The translations under genes and the position numbers were made by a program. DNA of 64,000 nucleotides, taken from NCBI GenBank assembly GCA_963719495.1, contig CAVRCI010000002.1, positions 672,001 through 736,000 of the forward strand. The letters are read 5' to 3'. A model generated the notes under the pieces. The model saw only the letters and a program-made list of their open reading frames with translations, was not told the DNA's origin and searched no databases. Of the stretch, positions 28,530-39,045 are shown in pieces; the stretch's first letter is position 1; every line of letters starts with the position of its first letter. This stretch comes from an uncultured Verrucomicrobiae bacterium. GTDB taxonomy: Bacteria; Verrucomicrobiota; Verrucomicrobiia; Chthoniobacterales; JAATET01.

Positions 28530-29216
28530 GTGCGCGTTCGAGTGCTCGACAGCGTCCGATGTGCAATTGTGAACGATGCCGTCGCGATGGTGATGGTGCC
28601 GATCCTGGCGCTGCTCATCTGCGGCTTGCTGCGCTCGGCGGAGAGTGGGACGTATGATTTCGCGTCGGCGTATCACATTCTCGCCTACCACTTCCTGGCG
28701 CTGGTGGTGGCGATGTTTCTGACGGCGGTCAGCGGAATCGCGAAGGGACTCATCATTTCCGCCGTCGCACCCGAGGCGAAAATGGCGGTGAACATCATCC
28801 CGATGGTCCTCATTCCGCAGCTCGTCCGGGGCGGAGCGTTCATCAAATACGAGGGGATGAATCGCAACCTCGACGTCGAGCGGCGGCTTGGCGAGATCGA
28901 CCAAGTGATCGCCGGCGGGCCGTTCGACGCGGACGCGCTGCCCGCCGACGCGAACTGCATGACGGCGGAGCAGCTCTACGGGAACCAGAAAATTACCGAT
29001 CTGGTGTCGAAAGCCGAGATGGAGCAGCTCGACTACCGGCTGGACGCGGGCCACACCGGTCACCTCGACGTCTTCTCCGGGCCGGTGAAAGAGGATTTCG
29101 GAATCCGGGCCAGCGTCCTCGTCTTCAACTCCGGCGTCCTGGTGCTCTTCTCGCTCTTCGGGTTCGTGGTCCTCCACTACGTGCTGCGGCATCAACTGAG
29201 GTTACGAGCGCCTTGA
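28530..29216 (+). pseudogene. Internally deleted remnant of an ABC-2/ABCG-type transporter permease
   Basis: Hydrophobic helices with GLIISAV...NIIPMVLIPQL.GG.FIKYE signature; no ATPase domain and no clear start. Confidence 0.55.
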
Positions 29217-29441
29217 GTCGACGGGGTGGCAAGCCGGAGGGGGCGGACGCTTGCGCGAAGAAACGAATCGTGCGCTCGCCGAGGCACGGGAAGTTTACGA
29301 TGATTCCGGCGAAGACTCCTGCCTGATCGACCATGCACCATGAAGCCGAAAATGCCCTCATCCGAATCTGCCCAATCCGTCATCCGTCTTGGATGCTCGT
29401 TCGCTCCGCGGAGACCTGAATTGGACCCGAGGTCGAGGGGA

Positions 29442-30776
29442 ATGATGCTGCGCTGGATTCTCTCACTTCTCGCCGTCGCCACTTTGGCGATGGGTTCCTG
29501 TCTGGCCAACGGCGGGGGTTATCAGCGCGGAGGTGTGCGGTCGACGGGCGCGATCGAGGGCTTCGAACCGCGAAACACGGAGGACATTCGGATCGTCGAT
29601 GAAGACCTGCTCATCGAGTTGAATCGCGACTCGGTCGACGTGGTGGTGAAGTATCTCTTCCGGAACGAGAGTGATACCCGCGTGAAGGCACGGTTTGGTT
29701 TTCCCGTCGAGGAATTGGCTGAGAAATCCCTCTTCGGGGAGGATGAGCCGAAGGAACGCGCGAAGGTGCCGGAATATTTGAAGAACTATCGGATCTGGTC
29801 CGACGCCGAGGGATTGAAAACGAAGTTCGAGGTTGAGCCGGAGGGGAGCGGTGAAGGTGACGAACGTTTTGTGGGTCTTAAGGGCTGGATGGTTTCGACC
29901 GTGGCGTTCGAGCCGGGGGAAGAGCGGCGCGTTCGGATTAGTTATTCGTCGGATTATTCGTTTTCGGTGCATTTCATCAGCGAAAACGAATCGCTGGGAG
30001 CGAAGGAATTCCGCTACCGGCTGTCGACGGGCGGAGTGTGGAAAGAACCGATCACGAAGGGTCGCGTGGTGGTGCGGGCGGGCGGCGTGGATCCGGAAGA
30101 GGTGCGGGTGCTGGCCCCGGTGAACCAGTTCAAACGGCAGGGAGCGGACTGGGTGTGGGAGTTCGAGGATCTCGAGCCGACGCTGGCGGACGATCTGCGG
30201 ATCGAAGCGGTGCCGGGGGAGTCGATTGTCGCCGCGAACCTGCCGGACCCGGATACCGGGGCCGAGCGGTTTGTCCGGGTCATTGAGCGCCGGGGGCGCT
30301 GGTCGGTGCAACACGCTTATTATTCGGTGGTCGCGAGTTCGATGCTGGCACCTTCGGGTGAGCTGACTTACGGACCGGAGAACGTCGCCGACCGGAATCC
30401 AGCGACCGCGTGGTCGGAGGGAGCCCAGGGTTCCGGAGTCGGCGAATGGCTGGAGATCCAACCCGACGTGGCAAGACCGCTGATCTCGATCCTGGTGACG
30501 CCCGGTTACGCGGCATCCGAGGAATTGTTCCGGCTGAACGCGCGACCACGGCGAGTGGAGGTCGAGCTGAACGGCGAGTATCGATTCGACGCGGTGCTCG
30601 AGGATCAGCCCGAGGAGCAGACAATTCTGGTGTCGGGGTATTCCAAGCCAGTCTCGAAGGTTCGTTTGACGATCACGGAGGTGACGCCGGGCGAGCGCGA
30701 TGAGGACTTGTGCATTTCGTCGGTGCGATTCGAGGCGAGGCTGGACGGCAAACCCGACATTCGACCGTCACGGTGA
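29442..30776 (+). CDS. Secreted DUF4424-like protein with C-terminal discoidin/glycan-binding domain
   Basis: Signal peptide MMLRWILSLLAVA; IRIVDEDLLI..VVVKYLFRN and YRLSTGGVWKEPI; YGPENVADRNPATAWSEG. Confidence 0.7.
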   Translation: MMLRWILSLLAVATLAMGSCLANGGGYQRGGVRSTGAIEGFEPRNTEDIRIVDEDLLIELNRDSVDVVVKYLFRNESDTRVKARFGFPVEELAEKSLFGEDEPKERAKVPEYLKNYRIWSDAEGLKTKFEVEPEGSGEGDERFVGLKGWMVSTVAFEPGEERRVRISYSSDYSFSVHFISENESLGAKEFRYRLSTGGVWKEPITKGRVVVRAGGVDPEEVRVLAPVNQFKRQGADWVWEFEDLEPTLADDLRIEAVPGESIVAANLPDPDTGAERFVRVIERRGRWSVQHAYYSVVASSMLAPSGELTYGPENVADRNPATAWSEGAQGSGVGEWLEIQPDVARPLISILVTPGYAASEELFRLNARPRRVEVELNGEYRFDAVLEDQPEEQTILVSGYSKPVSKVRLTITEVTPGERDEDLCISSVRFEARLDGKPDIRPSR

Positions 30777-31872
30777 ACCTGCGGCGGGCGGCTCAAGCGG
30801 TTGTCGTGATCGCTCTGGCGACGGTGGGGGGCGGGCACGCCGGGCCGGGTTGGGATCTTCCCATCTTCGTCGCGGACAACCATGCGGGGTCTTTCGGATT
30901 CTTTGCGCGGACCGTCGATCTCGACGAGCCGCACGTTCTGGTGCTGGTGGATGCGCACTCGGACGCGTCGGCAGTGGGTCGTTCCGACGAGGTCCGGTCG
31001 GTGGTGCGACGGGTGCGGTCCGAGGACGAGCGACGGGTCCGGATCGACGAGCTGCGCGCGTCGGGGCGGCTGCAGGCTTGCAATTGGATCGAACCGTTGA
31101 TGCCGCGCCCGGTGGAGCGGGTGGTCTGGGTCGCCGGTTGGAATCTGGATTTGGCGACGCGTTCGCGCCTCGAGGCCGAGGCGCGGGCAAGCGTCGATGG
31201 GCGGCTTGGCTTCGATGCCCGAACGGTCGGTTCGCTGGGCGACCGCTGGACCGTGGTGGATGCCGACGGGTTCGACGACTGGAGGCCGGGAGAATTGCCC
31301 GTCCTGGCGTCGATCGATCTCGACGCGTTTGCTGGGATGACCGAGGCGGAGGCGCGTTCGAAATTCCGCGCCATCTGGCTGCGGATCCTCGGTTTGCCGC
31401 GGTTGCGGGCGGTGAGCTTTGCGGTGTCGCGGGCGTGGTTGAAAGATGACGACGAGGCGTTTCGGCTGTTGACGATGGCGTTGACGGCCGCGGATCGGGT
31501 GAGTGGAGGGGCGATTTCGTTCGAACCGCACGCTCGGGTCGGTCCGGACGATTCGAAGCGTGCCGCCGCTCTGATCGCCGGGGGTCGTGCGGTGCCGCGA
31601 TTGGATTTCGCCGTTGCGCCGGTGTCGTTCCGGGAGTTCGCGGTCGCTCGAGCGGACGATTGGCGGATCGGTCGGGACCCTGAACGCTGGCGGGATCTCC
31701 TGGGTCGGTGGAAATCCGAAGCCGCGCGGTGGGAGATTCGTCCGGAGCGGGGTTAGGCTTCGGCGGACGGGGTGTGGAGGTATCCGAGCGGCGATCCGTC
31801 CACCTTGCGCGTCGAGCGAGCCGGGTCGGGGTCCGGCGCGGCGGGGCGGGTGCGTTGGGGGGCGCTGCGACC

Positions 31873-33778
31873 CAGGGCGTTTGGCTGGAAGGGTCATAGG
31901 GCGGGGCGAGCGTGAAGGATAAGGTTGAGAGCTTTTGCTGGGTGTCGGTGGTAGAGTTCGAAGAAGTGAGCGAGGGGTTGCCCGTGCTCAAAGGGAATGA
32001 GGGCGAGCAGGACGTTGCGGGTGAGGGCGAGGTTGAGGGCAGCTTTTGGTCTGCGATGTCGGTGCCGATCTTCTTGCCAGGCGGAGGCGTCGCGTTTGTG
32101 GTGATTGCGGTTCTCGATGCTCCAGTGCTCGCGAACGGCGCGGGTGGAACGGGATTTTTCTTCCGGTTCCAGGCTGGAAAGGAAGATACGGGTATGGCTC
32201 TTGGGCGTTTGGTGGGGGTCTTTCTTTTCCTGCCAGTCGCGCTGCACGGTGATGGCGGAGCGGGCACCGGGCAGCCCGGCGGAGACTGGGGAGATGGGTT
32301 GGACGGCGGCTTTGCGGGAGTCGATGCGCCCGTGATCGCCTTCGCAGCTCAGGTCAAAAAAGGGGAGCCCTCCAGGGCGCGGGTGGCTGCCTCCAATCGT
32401 TTGGAGGTATTTGCTTTTGTGCCGATGAGATAGTCGCCTCCCTTTTCCAGGATGACTCGCGCGGTGGCCTCTTTGTTGTGAAGCGGGTCGGCCGTGACCA
32501 GCGCGTTGACCAGTTCCACCCCGGGATTGGAGAGCAGGGCGCGGGCTTCAGAGACTTCGCAGTCTTCTTTTTTTCCGCTGGCCGGGATCATGGCCACCGG
32601 ACGCCCGTCTTCATGACGGCAAAGGGTCACGATCATGCCGCAGCGTCCATCGCCCACGCTTTTGCCATCCAGGGCCAGGCTGCGGGGCAGCACTCCCGCG
32701 TTGGCTTGCAACCAGGCCGTCAGCGCATGGGCGTAGGCGTGGGGTTCCACGGCGGCCAGCAGGTCGTTGAGCGCATCGTAGCCGGGCATCTTGAGCCGCT
32801 TACTTTGCTTGTCGCGCACCCGCAGGCCGATCACCTCTCTTTGGCTCTGGGAAAGGCAGGCCACTTTCCTCCAGATATCGAGCACGTCGCGCGCCCCCAT
32901 GAGCAACCCCAGCGAGATCAGGGTCAACATCGCCGATAGGGGGTGACGGCGGCTTTTGGGGTGACGCGGATCGGGCACCTCCCTCAAGGCGTCGCGCAGG
33001 CTTTTGAGTCCGGCGTTCTTGAGCGGACTGCGGGCTCCCCCGCGTCCGACCAAGGCCCCCTTGCTGGCTTCGGGCAACTCGCGCGCGCTCATCAACTCGC
33101 AGGCCTTGGGCGCGAGCTCTTTCAGCCACAGCTTCTTGGGCCTCCCGTTGGGGATGTAGTAGTCGGTGTGGTCTTGCGAAAACCCCTTCGTCGTTCCCGC
33201 CTGCGTCCAGTTCGTCGCTTTGTAAACCGTTCCCGCATGGCTTTCTGGATCGCTGAAGCTTTCGGCCAGAAGTGGTCGGTAACCGTGTACCTTTTCCCAT
33301 TGCTCCACCAGTTCCCGCATCCCGGCCCCAAGACATTGGCTGGCCAGGTTCGGCCGTCGTGCCTCTTCCAAAACCAGAAAGCGTCGCAGCTGCACCACCA
33401 GCTTGAGCCGCTCCGAGCGCGTCACCGCATCCCATCCCACCGCTTCGTCCCGATCCTTCAAATGCCACGCCGCCGCACACCACACCATTACCCCGGCAAG
33501 CTTCCCTTCCTCCATCACCAACTGGCAGAGCCGGTCTCCCGCCTCGCTCCCAGCTCCCAACCCATGCTCTCGCCCAAGGGCCTCTTTCGCTCGGCGCCAG
33601 TCCCCCGCCGAATGCGCTACCTTCACTTCCAATCGCGTTGCCTTGCTTTCAATGCCCTCGCCTTTCCTGGTCTCCTGCTTTTTCACCACCGTAGTTCAGC
33701 TTTTCGACGCGCTTTTGTCTAGCCATTTCTCTTTTCCCCTACCTATCAGCTTCCTCGCGCTTCAAGCCAAATGCCCTG
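31873..33778 (-). mobile_element. ISAs1-family insertion sequence, 1906 bp
   Basis: Terminal IRs CAGGGCGTTTGGCTGGAAG / CAGGGCATTTGGCTTGAAG (17/19); 10-bp target duplication CGCTGCGACC at 31863-31872 and 33779-33788. Confidence 0.93.
31894..33689 (-). CDS. DUF4338 (Mom/DruA-like)-ISAs1 transposase fusion, split by a -1 frameshift near 32356-32365
   Basis: ORF1 32349..33689 has GTVYKATNW, VPDPR, ALDGKS, VTAD.LH. The -1 frame continues EGDHGRIDSR...HWSIENRNHHKRD...EDR to stop at 31894; joined length 598 aa. Confidence 0.85.
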
Positions 33779-35264
33779 CGCTGCGACCTTCGTCGGATCG
33801 ATTTAGCTTGTTTGCCGGAGAAACATTCGGCTCGAAATTTGGCGGCGAGGAGGCGCCGCGGTGGCCGGTGGAGAGCTGGCGCGACCTGGGCGAGACGGCT
33901 GATGGCGCGCTGTCGCCGGAGCGCTGGGTCGGGAGATTGGACGCGAAGCTGGGGGTTGGAAGGGTGAGGGTGGCGGCCGAGGCGTGGTCGGCTGGGAGCT
34001 GGGTGCCGGTCCCGCCGATCGAACTACGGATAGCGGGCGCGAGGGGTTTCCGGGGGGGATTGAGCGAGCAATTCGGGATGCCGTATTTGTTCGGCGCTGG
34101 TCTGTTGCGGGATCGCCATCCGGAGGCCTTCGAGGCGGGCAACGATTGCGCCAATTTTCTGGTTGCCGCCTGGCATCGGGTCGGTCGCGCTCTCCCGTGG
34201 GGCAGTCCCCGGCAGCTTCGGCGGCACCTGCAAGTGGTCGAAAGGGAGGTGGGAACCGGAGATGGCGTGCCGATCTCGGACGATTGGATCGAAGATGGGT
34301 TGGTGGTGGATTTTGGAGAGCACCTGGGGGCGGTCTGGGAGGACCGGGCGCCGGTGGGCAGACTGACGGGTGCTGACCTTGTGGCGCATCACCTTGGGAC
34401 GTTTCCGGAGCTGGCGACGCTCGCTTCGCTGGCGGAGGGGAGGCCGGACTTTCAGCTCCTGCGGTATCCATCCGTGATCGCGTGCCGCGTTCGGATCGGG
34501 GGAGATGTCGTCCTGGCGAGGGACGGCGGGGAGTTGGCGCTCGAGGATGAAAAGGCGGATCTGGTGATGGTCAATCTCGAGGGGATTCCGAGCGAACCGC
34601 GGATTGGGCCGCGAACGCGTTTCGATTTCCGGTTTCCGGCGGAGCGGATCGACTGGCTCGTGCGGAACGGGATCGACGGGGTGTCTCTGGCGAACAACCA
34701 CGCGGGCGACGCGGGATGGGAGGCGTTGGGGCCGGGAATCGCCTCGCTGAGGGAAGCGGGGCTGGGCGTATTCGGGGCAGGCTCGTCACTGGAGGGCGCT
34801 CTGGCGCCTTGGATCCGCTCGACCGGCGGACGGGAATTTGCGTTCTTCGGGGTGTCGTGCGTGTCTTCGCTCCAGGCCGGCGGGGGGCGAGCGGGCGTCT
34901 TGTCGCTGCCGGAGAATGCGTCGCGCTTGGAGCGAGCGATCAAGGATCAGAAGGAAGCGAAGCGGACGGTAATCGTGTTGGCTCACTGGGGGCGGGAACA
35001 CACCGAGGAGATCTCCGAAGATCAGAGGAAGTGGGCGCATTGGCTGGTGGCAGTCGGGGCTGACGTGGTCGCCGGGAGTGGTCCGCACGTCCGGCAACCG
35101 CTCGATTTCATCCGAGGTCGACCGATTGCGTTTTCGCTCGGAAACGCGGTGCCGGCTCGGCTCGAGGGCCGGGGGAACGGAAGCTGGTTGGAGGTCTGCT
35201 TCGATGCCAACGGGTCAGTGGTCAGGTGCCGTCTCGAGTGAGGCGAGTTCGGCGGCGGGGTGGC

Positions 35265-35313
35265 CGCCGGGCAGGATGCCCGGCGGGACAGGCAGGGATG
35301 CCTGTTTTCCCCA
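35265..35313. repeat. REP-like double hairpin between convergent genes
   Basis: CGCCGGGCAGGATGCCCGGCG + ACAGGCAGGGATGCCTGT-TTTCCCC; related copy at 51741-51783. Confidence 0.7.
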
Positions 35314-35323
35314 AAGCAGGCCG

Positions 35324-35761
35324 TCACTCGTGATCGCAGGTGCAGGCGTATTCGGCGTAGTCGCAGGTGGGGCACTGGGCGAGGTTGACGGTGATTCGCT
35401 CGGTGATCGTCTTTGACTCGGGGGTGGTCTGGATTTGGAGGACCGCAGGGATGGCTTTGCCTTCGGGGAGGGGGGCGTCCGAGACGAGGGTGTCGTCGGT
35501 CTTGGTGAAGGTGAGCTCGGTTGGGTTGGAGCGGTCTCCGGCGATGACTTTGGCGGTCTGATCGGCGACGGGGATGGGGTTCGTTTCTTCGTCGAGGAAG
35601 GTGAGTTGGACTCGGCGGTCTTCGAGGACGAGGAATTCGGCGTGGGGTTCGACTTCAGTGACGACGCGACCGCCGTTGGGGCCGGCGACTTTGGAGTCGT
35701 GATCGTCGGCTGCATGAACCGCGGAGATTGCTATTAGGAGGAGGATTAGGGTGTTTTTCAT
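35324..35761 (-). CDS. Small exported metal-binding protein of the RND operon
   Basis: Start MKNTLILLLIAISAVHA; GPNGG motif; C-terminal CPTCDYAEYACTCDHE. Confidence 0.75.
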   Translation of the reverse strand: MKNTLILLLIAISAVHAADDHDSKVAGPNGGRVVTEVEPHAEFLVLEDRRVQLTFLDEETNPIPVADQTAKVIAGDRSNPTELTFTKTDDTLVSDAPLPEGKAIPAVLQIQTTPESKTITERITVNLAQCPTCDYAEYACTCDHE

Positions 35762-35783
35762 GGTTTTTTGTGGGTGAGTTTTC

Positions 35784-35860
35784 AACCGCGGATGGCGCGG
35801 ATGAGCGCGGATAATACGAATTCGCTGATGCAATCCGCTCAATCCGTGTGATCCGCGGTT
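35784..35860. repeat. Inverted 9-bp tandem-repeat hairpin element
   Basis: AACCGCGGAT GGCGCGGAT GAGCGCGGAT ... ATCCGCTCA ATCCGTGTG ATCCGCGGTT. Confidence 0.8.
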
Positions 35861-35874
35861 CAAATGTATTGTTA

Positions 35875-38800
35875 TTAGAGTGTCGCTGGGGAGTTGCGGT
35901 CGATGGCTCGGAGGGCGGCCTTGCGACCAAATAGGGTGAAGACGGCCGGGGTGACTCCTAGGCCCAGGAGGGTTGACGTGAAGAGCCCGCCGACGATGAC
36001 GACGGCGACTGGGTGCAGAATTTCTTTGCCGGGTTCGCCCGCGGCGAGGACCAGCGGGATGAGCGCGAAACCGGCGGAGAGGGCGGTCATGAGGACGGGG
36101 ATCAATCTTTCCAGCGTGCCGCGCTCGATCATGGCCCGACCGAACTCTTCGCCTTCGTGCCGCATGAGGTGGAGGTAGTGGGAGATGAGCATCACGCTGT
36201 TGCGGGCGGCGATGCCTGCCACGGCGATGAAGCCGACGAGGGTGGCGATGCTGATGTTATCGACGAGGACCCAGGTGAGGAGGAGGCCGCCGATGAGGGC
36301 GAGGGGGATGTCGCAGAGGACCTGGAGGGCGAAGACGGGGGTGCCGAAGTAGTGCGTGAGGAGGATGCCGATGACGACGAGGACCAACGCCGCGAAGATA
36401 GCGATGCGGCGGGCGGCGTCCTGGCGGGCGAGGTATTCGCCTTCGTAGCTGACGAAGTAGCCGTCGGGGAAGGTGACGTTTTTGGTGACGGCGGTTTGGA
36501 GTTGGGTGACAAGTCCGGCGAGGTCGCGGGCGGTGGGGTTGATGCTGACGACGAAGCGGCGTTGGGTGTTTTCGCGTTGGATGACGTTGGGTCCCTTGGC
36601 TTCGCGGAGGTCGGCGACGGCTGAGAGTGGGACGCGGCGGCCCGTCGGGGTGGTGAGGATCATGTCGGCGAGGCGGTCGGGGTTTTCGCGCCACGCCTCG
36701 GGGAGGCGGACGACGAGGTCGATGGTGCGCTGGCCTTCGTAGAGCTCGGCGACGGTTTCGCCGCCCATGAGGGTGGCGAGTTGGTCGTTGATGTCGCCGG
36801 GGGTTAGGCCGTAGGCGAGCGCGCGGTCGCGGTCGACTTCGAGGCGGAGCTGCGGGATGAGGGCCTGCTGCTCGACGCGGGCGTCTTCGAGGCCGGGGAT
36901 GGTGACGGCGAGGGATTGGATCTCGTCGCCGAGGCGGCGGAGGGTGGCGAGGTCGGGGCCAAAAATTTTGACGGCAACCTTGGCGGAAACGCCGGAGAGC
37001 ATGTGACCGATGCGGTCGGCGAGCGGGCCGGAGAGGGCGGTGAAGGTGCCGGGGATGGTGGCCAATTTTTCGCGGATGTCGGCGCGGACTTCGTCGCGGG
37101 GGCGTCCGCCCGGTTTGAAATCGACGTCGAATTCGACGGTGGAGACGGGGACGACGTGGTCGCCACGTTCGGCGCGTCCGACGCGGCGTCCGACGCTGCG
37201 GACTTCGGGAATCGTGAGGAGGAGGCGGTCGGCGACGGCGGCGACTTCGTTGGTTTGCGTGAGGGAGGTGCCGGGGGCGGTGGTGAGGGCGGCGAGGACG
37301 GTTTCTTCCTGGAAGGCGGGGAGGAAGTCTTTGCCCATGAGCGGGTAGATGGTGGCGGCGAGGGCGAGGAGGATGCCGGCGACGGCGAGGACGAGGAGCG
37401 GGGCGTCGAGGGCGAGGCGGAGCCAGGTGTTTTTGAGAAACCACTTGAGGGCGGCGACGAGGCGGTTGTCGCCGTGGGTCTTGCCGGCTTTGGGGTTGAG
37501 GAGGAGGGAGCAGAGGACGGGGATGACGGTGAGGGAGACGACGAAGGAGGCGGCCATGCTGACGATGGTGGCGACGCCGATGGGCGTGAAGAGGCGGCCT
37601 TCGACGCCGCTGAGGCCGAAGAGCGGGAGGAAGACGAGGATGATGAAAATGGTGGCGTAGAGGATGGAATTGCGGACCTCGGCGGAGGCGCGGGCGATGA
37701 CTTCGAGGCGGGGGTGCGGGACGTCGCGCGCGGCGTTTTGACTCGCTTCGCTCGCCCTTCGGGCTGCCTCCGGCAGTCTATGTCCGCTTCGCTCCCATTC
37801 GCGCAAGCGGCGGAAGACGTTTTCGACGTCGATGATGGCGTCGTCGACGACCATGCCGATGGCGACGGCGAGGCCGCCGAGGGTCATGGAATTCACGCTG
37901 ATCCCGAAGGCGTCGAACACGAGGAGCGTGATGGCGAAGGAGAGCGGGATGGCGGTGAGGGTGATGAGGGTGGTGCGGAGGTTGAAGAGGAAGAGGAGCA
38001 GGATGAGGGAGACCATGATGGCGCCGTCGCGGAGGGCCTCGACGAGGTTGTGGACGGCGTGGTCGATGAAGTCGGCCTGGCGGAAGAGGGGGGAGATTTC
38101 GACGCCGCCGGGGAGGGCGGTTTGGAGTTCGGTGATGGCGCGCTCGATTTCTGCGGTGAGCGTGAGGGTGTCGAAGCCGGGGGATTTGGTGACGCTGAGG
38201 ATGACGCCGGGGGTGCCGTTGACGGCGGCGTCGCCGCGCATGGGTTCGACGTCCCAGGTGACGGTGGCGACGTCGGCGAGGGTGATGGGGCGGTCGTTGA
38301 CGGTCTTGATGACGGTGCGGGCGATGTCGTCGAGGTGGGTGGTCATCGCCAGATTGCGGACCATGAGTTCCTGCGGGCCGGTGGTGAGGAAGCCGCCGGT
38401 GGTGTTGGTGGCGGCGTGCGCGGTGGCCGATTTGACTTCGTCGAGGGTGACGTCGAAGGCGAGAAGGCGGTTGGGGTCGGGCTGGACCTGGATCTGTTTG
38501 ACGCCGCCGCCCATGGCGAGGACTTCGGCGATGCCGGGGATGCTCTGGAAGCGCTGGCGGACGGTCCAGTCGGCGAGGGTGCGGAGGTCGCGGGGGGCGA
38601 CGACGTTGTCGGGACTTCGGAGGCCGACGAGGAGGATCTCGCCCATGAGGGAGGCGACGGGGGTCATGAAGGGGGTGATGCCCGCGGGGAAGTCGACGGT
38701 TTGCGTCCGCTCGTAGACGAGTTGACGGGCGTCGTAAATTTCGGTGTCCCAGTCGAATTCGACGAAAACGAGCGAGAGCGCGACGTCGGAGGTGGAGCGG

Positions 38801-39045
38801 AGGCGGGTGACGCCGCTGACGCCCATGAGGGCGTTTTCGAGCGGGACGGTGACGAGGGTTTCGACCTCCTCGGGGGCGAGGCCGGGGGACTCGGTGAGGA
38901 TGGTGACGGTGGGCTTGGTGAGGTCGGGGAGGACCTCGACGGGGAGCTGGGTCGCGGTGCGCGCGCCGAGGACGAGCAGGATGATCGCGCCGATGAGGAC
39001 GAGCGGCCGGTGCGCGAGGGAGAAGCGGATGAGACGGTTCAGCAT
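35875..39045 (-). CDS. Heavy-metal efflux RND permease (CusA/CzcA family)
   Basis: 1056 aa; GLAPEEVETLVT, LGGLAVAIGMVVDDAIIDVEN, RLIPVLMTA, GKEILHPVAVVIVGG. Confidence 0.95.
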   Translation of the reverse strand: MLNRLIRFSLAHRPLVLIGAIILLVLGARTATQLPVEVLPDLTKPTVTILTESPGLAPEEVETLVTVPLENALMGVSGVTRLRSTSDVALSLVFVEFDWDTEIYDARQLVYERTQTVDFPAGITPFMTPVASLMGEILLVGLRSPDNVVAPRDLRTLADWTVRQRFQSIPGIAEVLAMGGGVKQIQVQPDPNRLLAFDVTLDEVKSATAHAATNTTGGFLTTGPQELMVRNLAMTTHLDDIARTVIKTVNDRPITLADVATVTWDVEPMRGDAAVNGTPGVILSVTKSPGFDTLTLTAEIERAITELQTALPGGVEISPLFRQADFIDHAVHNLVEALRDGAIMVSLILLLFLFNLRTTLITLTAIPLSFAITLLVFDAFGISVNSMTLGGLAVAIGMVVDDAIIDVENVFRRLREWERSGHRLPEAARRASEASQNAARDVPHPRLEVIARASAEVRNSILYATIFIILVFLPLFGLSGVEGRLFTPIGVATIVSMAASFVVSLTVIPVLCSLLLNPKAGKTHGDNRLVAALKWFLKNTWLRLALDAPLLVLAVAGILLALAATIYPLMGKDFLPAFQEETVLAALTTAPGTSLTQTNEVAAVADRLLLTIPEVRSVGRRVGRAERGDHVVPVSTVEFDVDFKPGGRPRDEVRADIREKLATIPGTFTALSGPLADRIGHMLSGVSAKVAVKIFGPDLATLRRLGDEIQSLAVTIPGLEDARVEQQALIPQLRLEVDRDRALAYGLTPGDINDQLATLMGGETVAELYEGQRTIDLVVRLPEAWRENPDRLADMILTTPTGRRVPLSAVADLREAKGPNVIQRENTQRRFVVSINPTARDLAGLVTQLQTAVTKNVTFPDGYFVSYEGEYLARQDAARRIAIFAALVLVVIGILLTHYFGTPVFALQVLCDIPLALIGGLLLTWVLVDNISIATLVGFIAVAGIAARNSVMLISHYLHLMRHEGEEFGRAMIERGTLERLIPVLMTALSAGFALIPLVLAAGEPGKEILHPVAVVIVGGLFTSTLLGLGVTPAVFTLFGRKAALRAIDRNSPATL

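Larger units (their letters stand above)
30773..35241 (+). pseudogene. Secreted multidomain CapA/PGA_cap metallophosphoesterase gene, disrupted by TAG at 31754 and by an IS at 31873-33778
   Basis: Removing the IS and one target copy gives a single 851-codon frame (30773-31872 + 33789-35241). N-part has DNH/DAHSD/SIDLDAF motifs; C-part has GGDV, NLEG, SLANNH.GD, AHWG.E, GSGPHV, SLGN. Confidence 0.8.

Noticed and set aside
32349..33689. Druantia anti-phage system
   Set aside because: The DUF4338 domain lies inside IS ends fused to a transposase; no DruE helicase or other dru genes are present.
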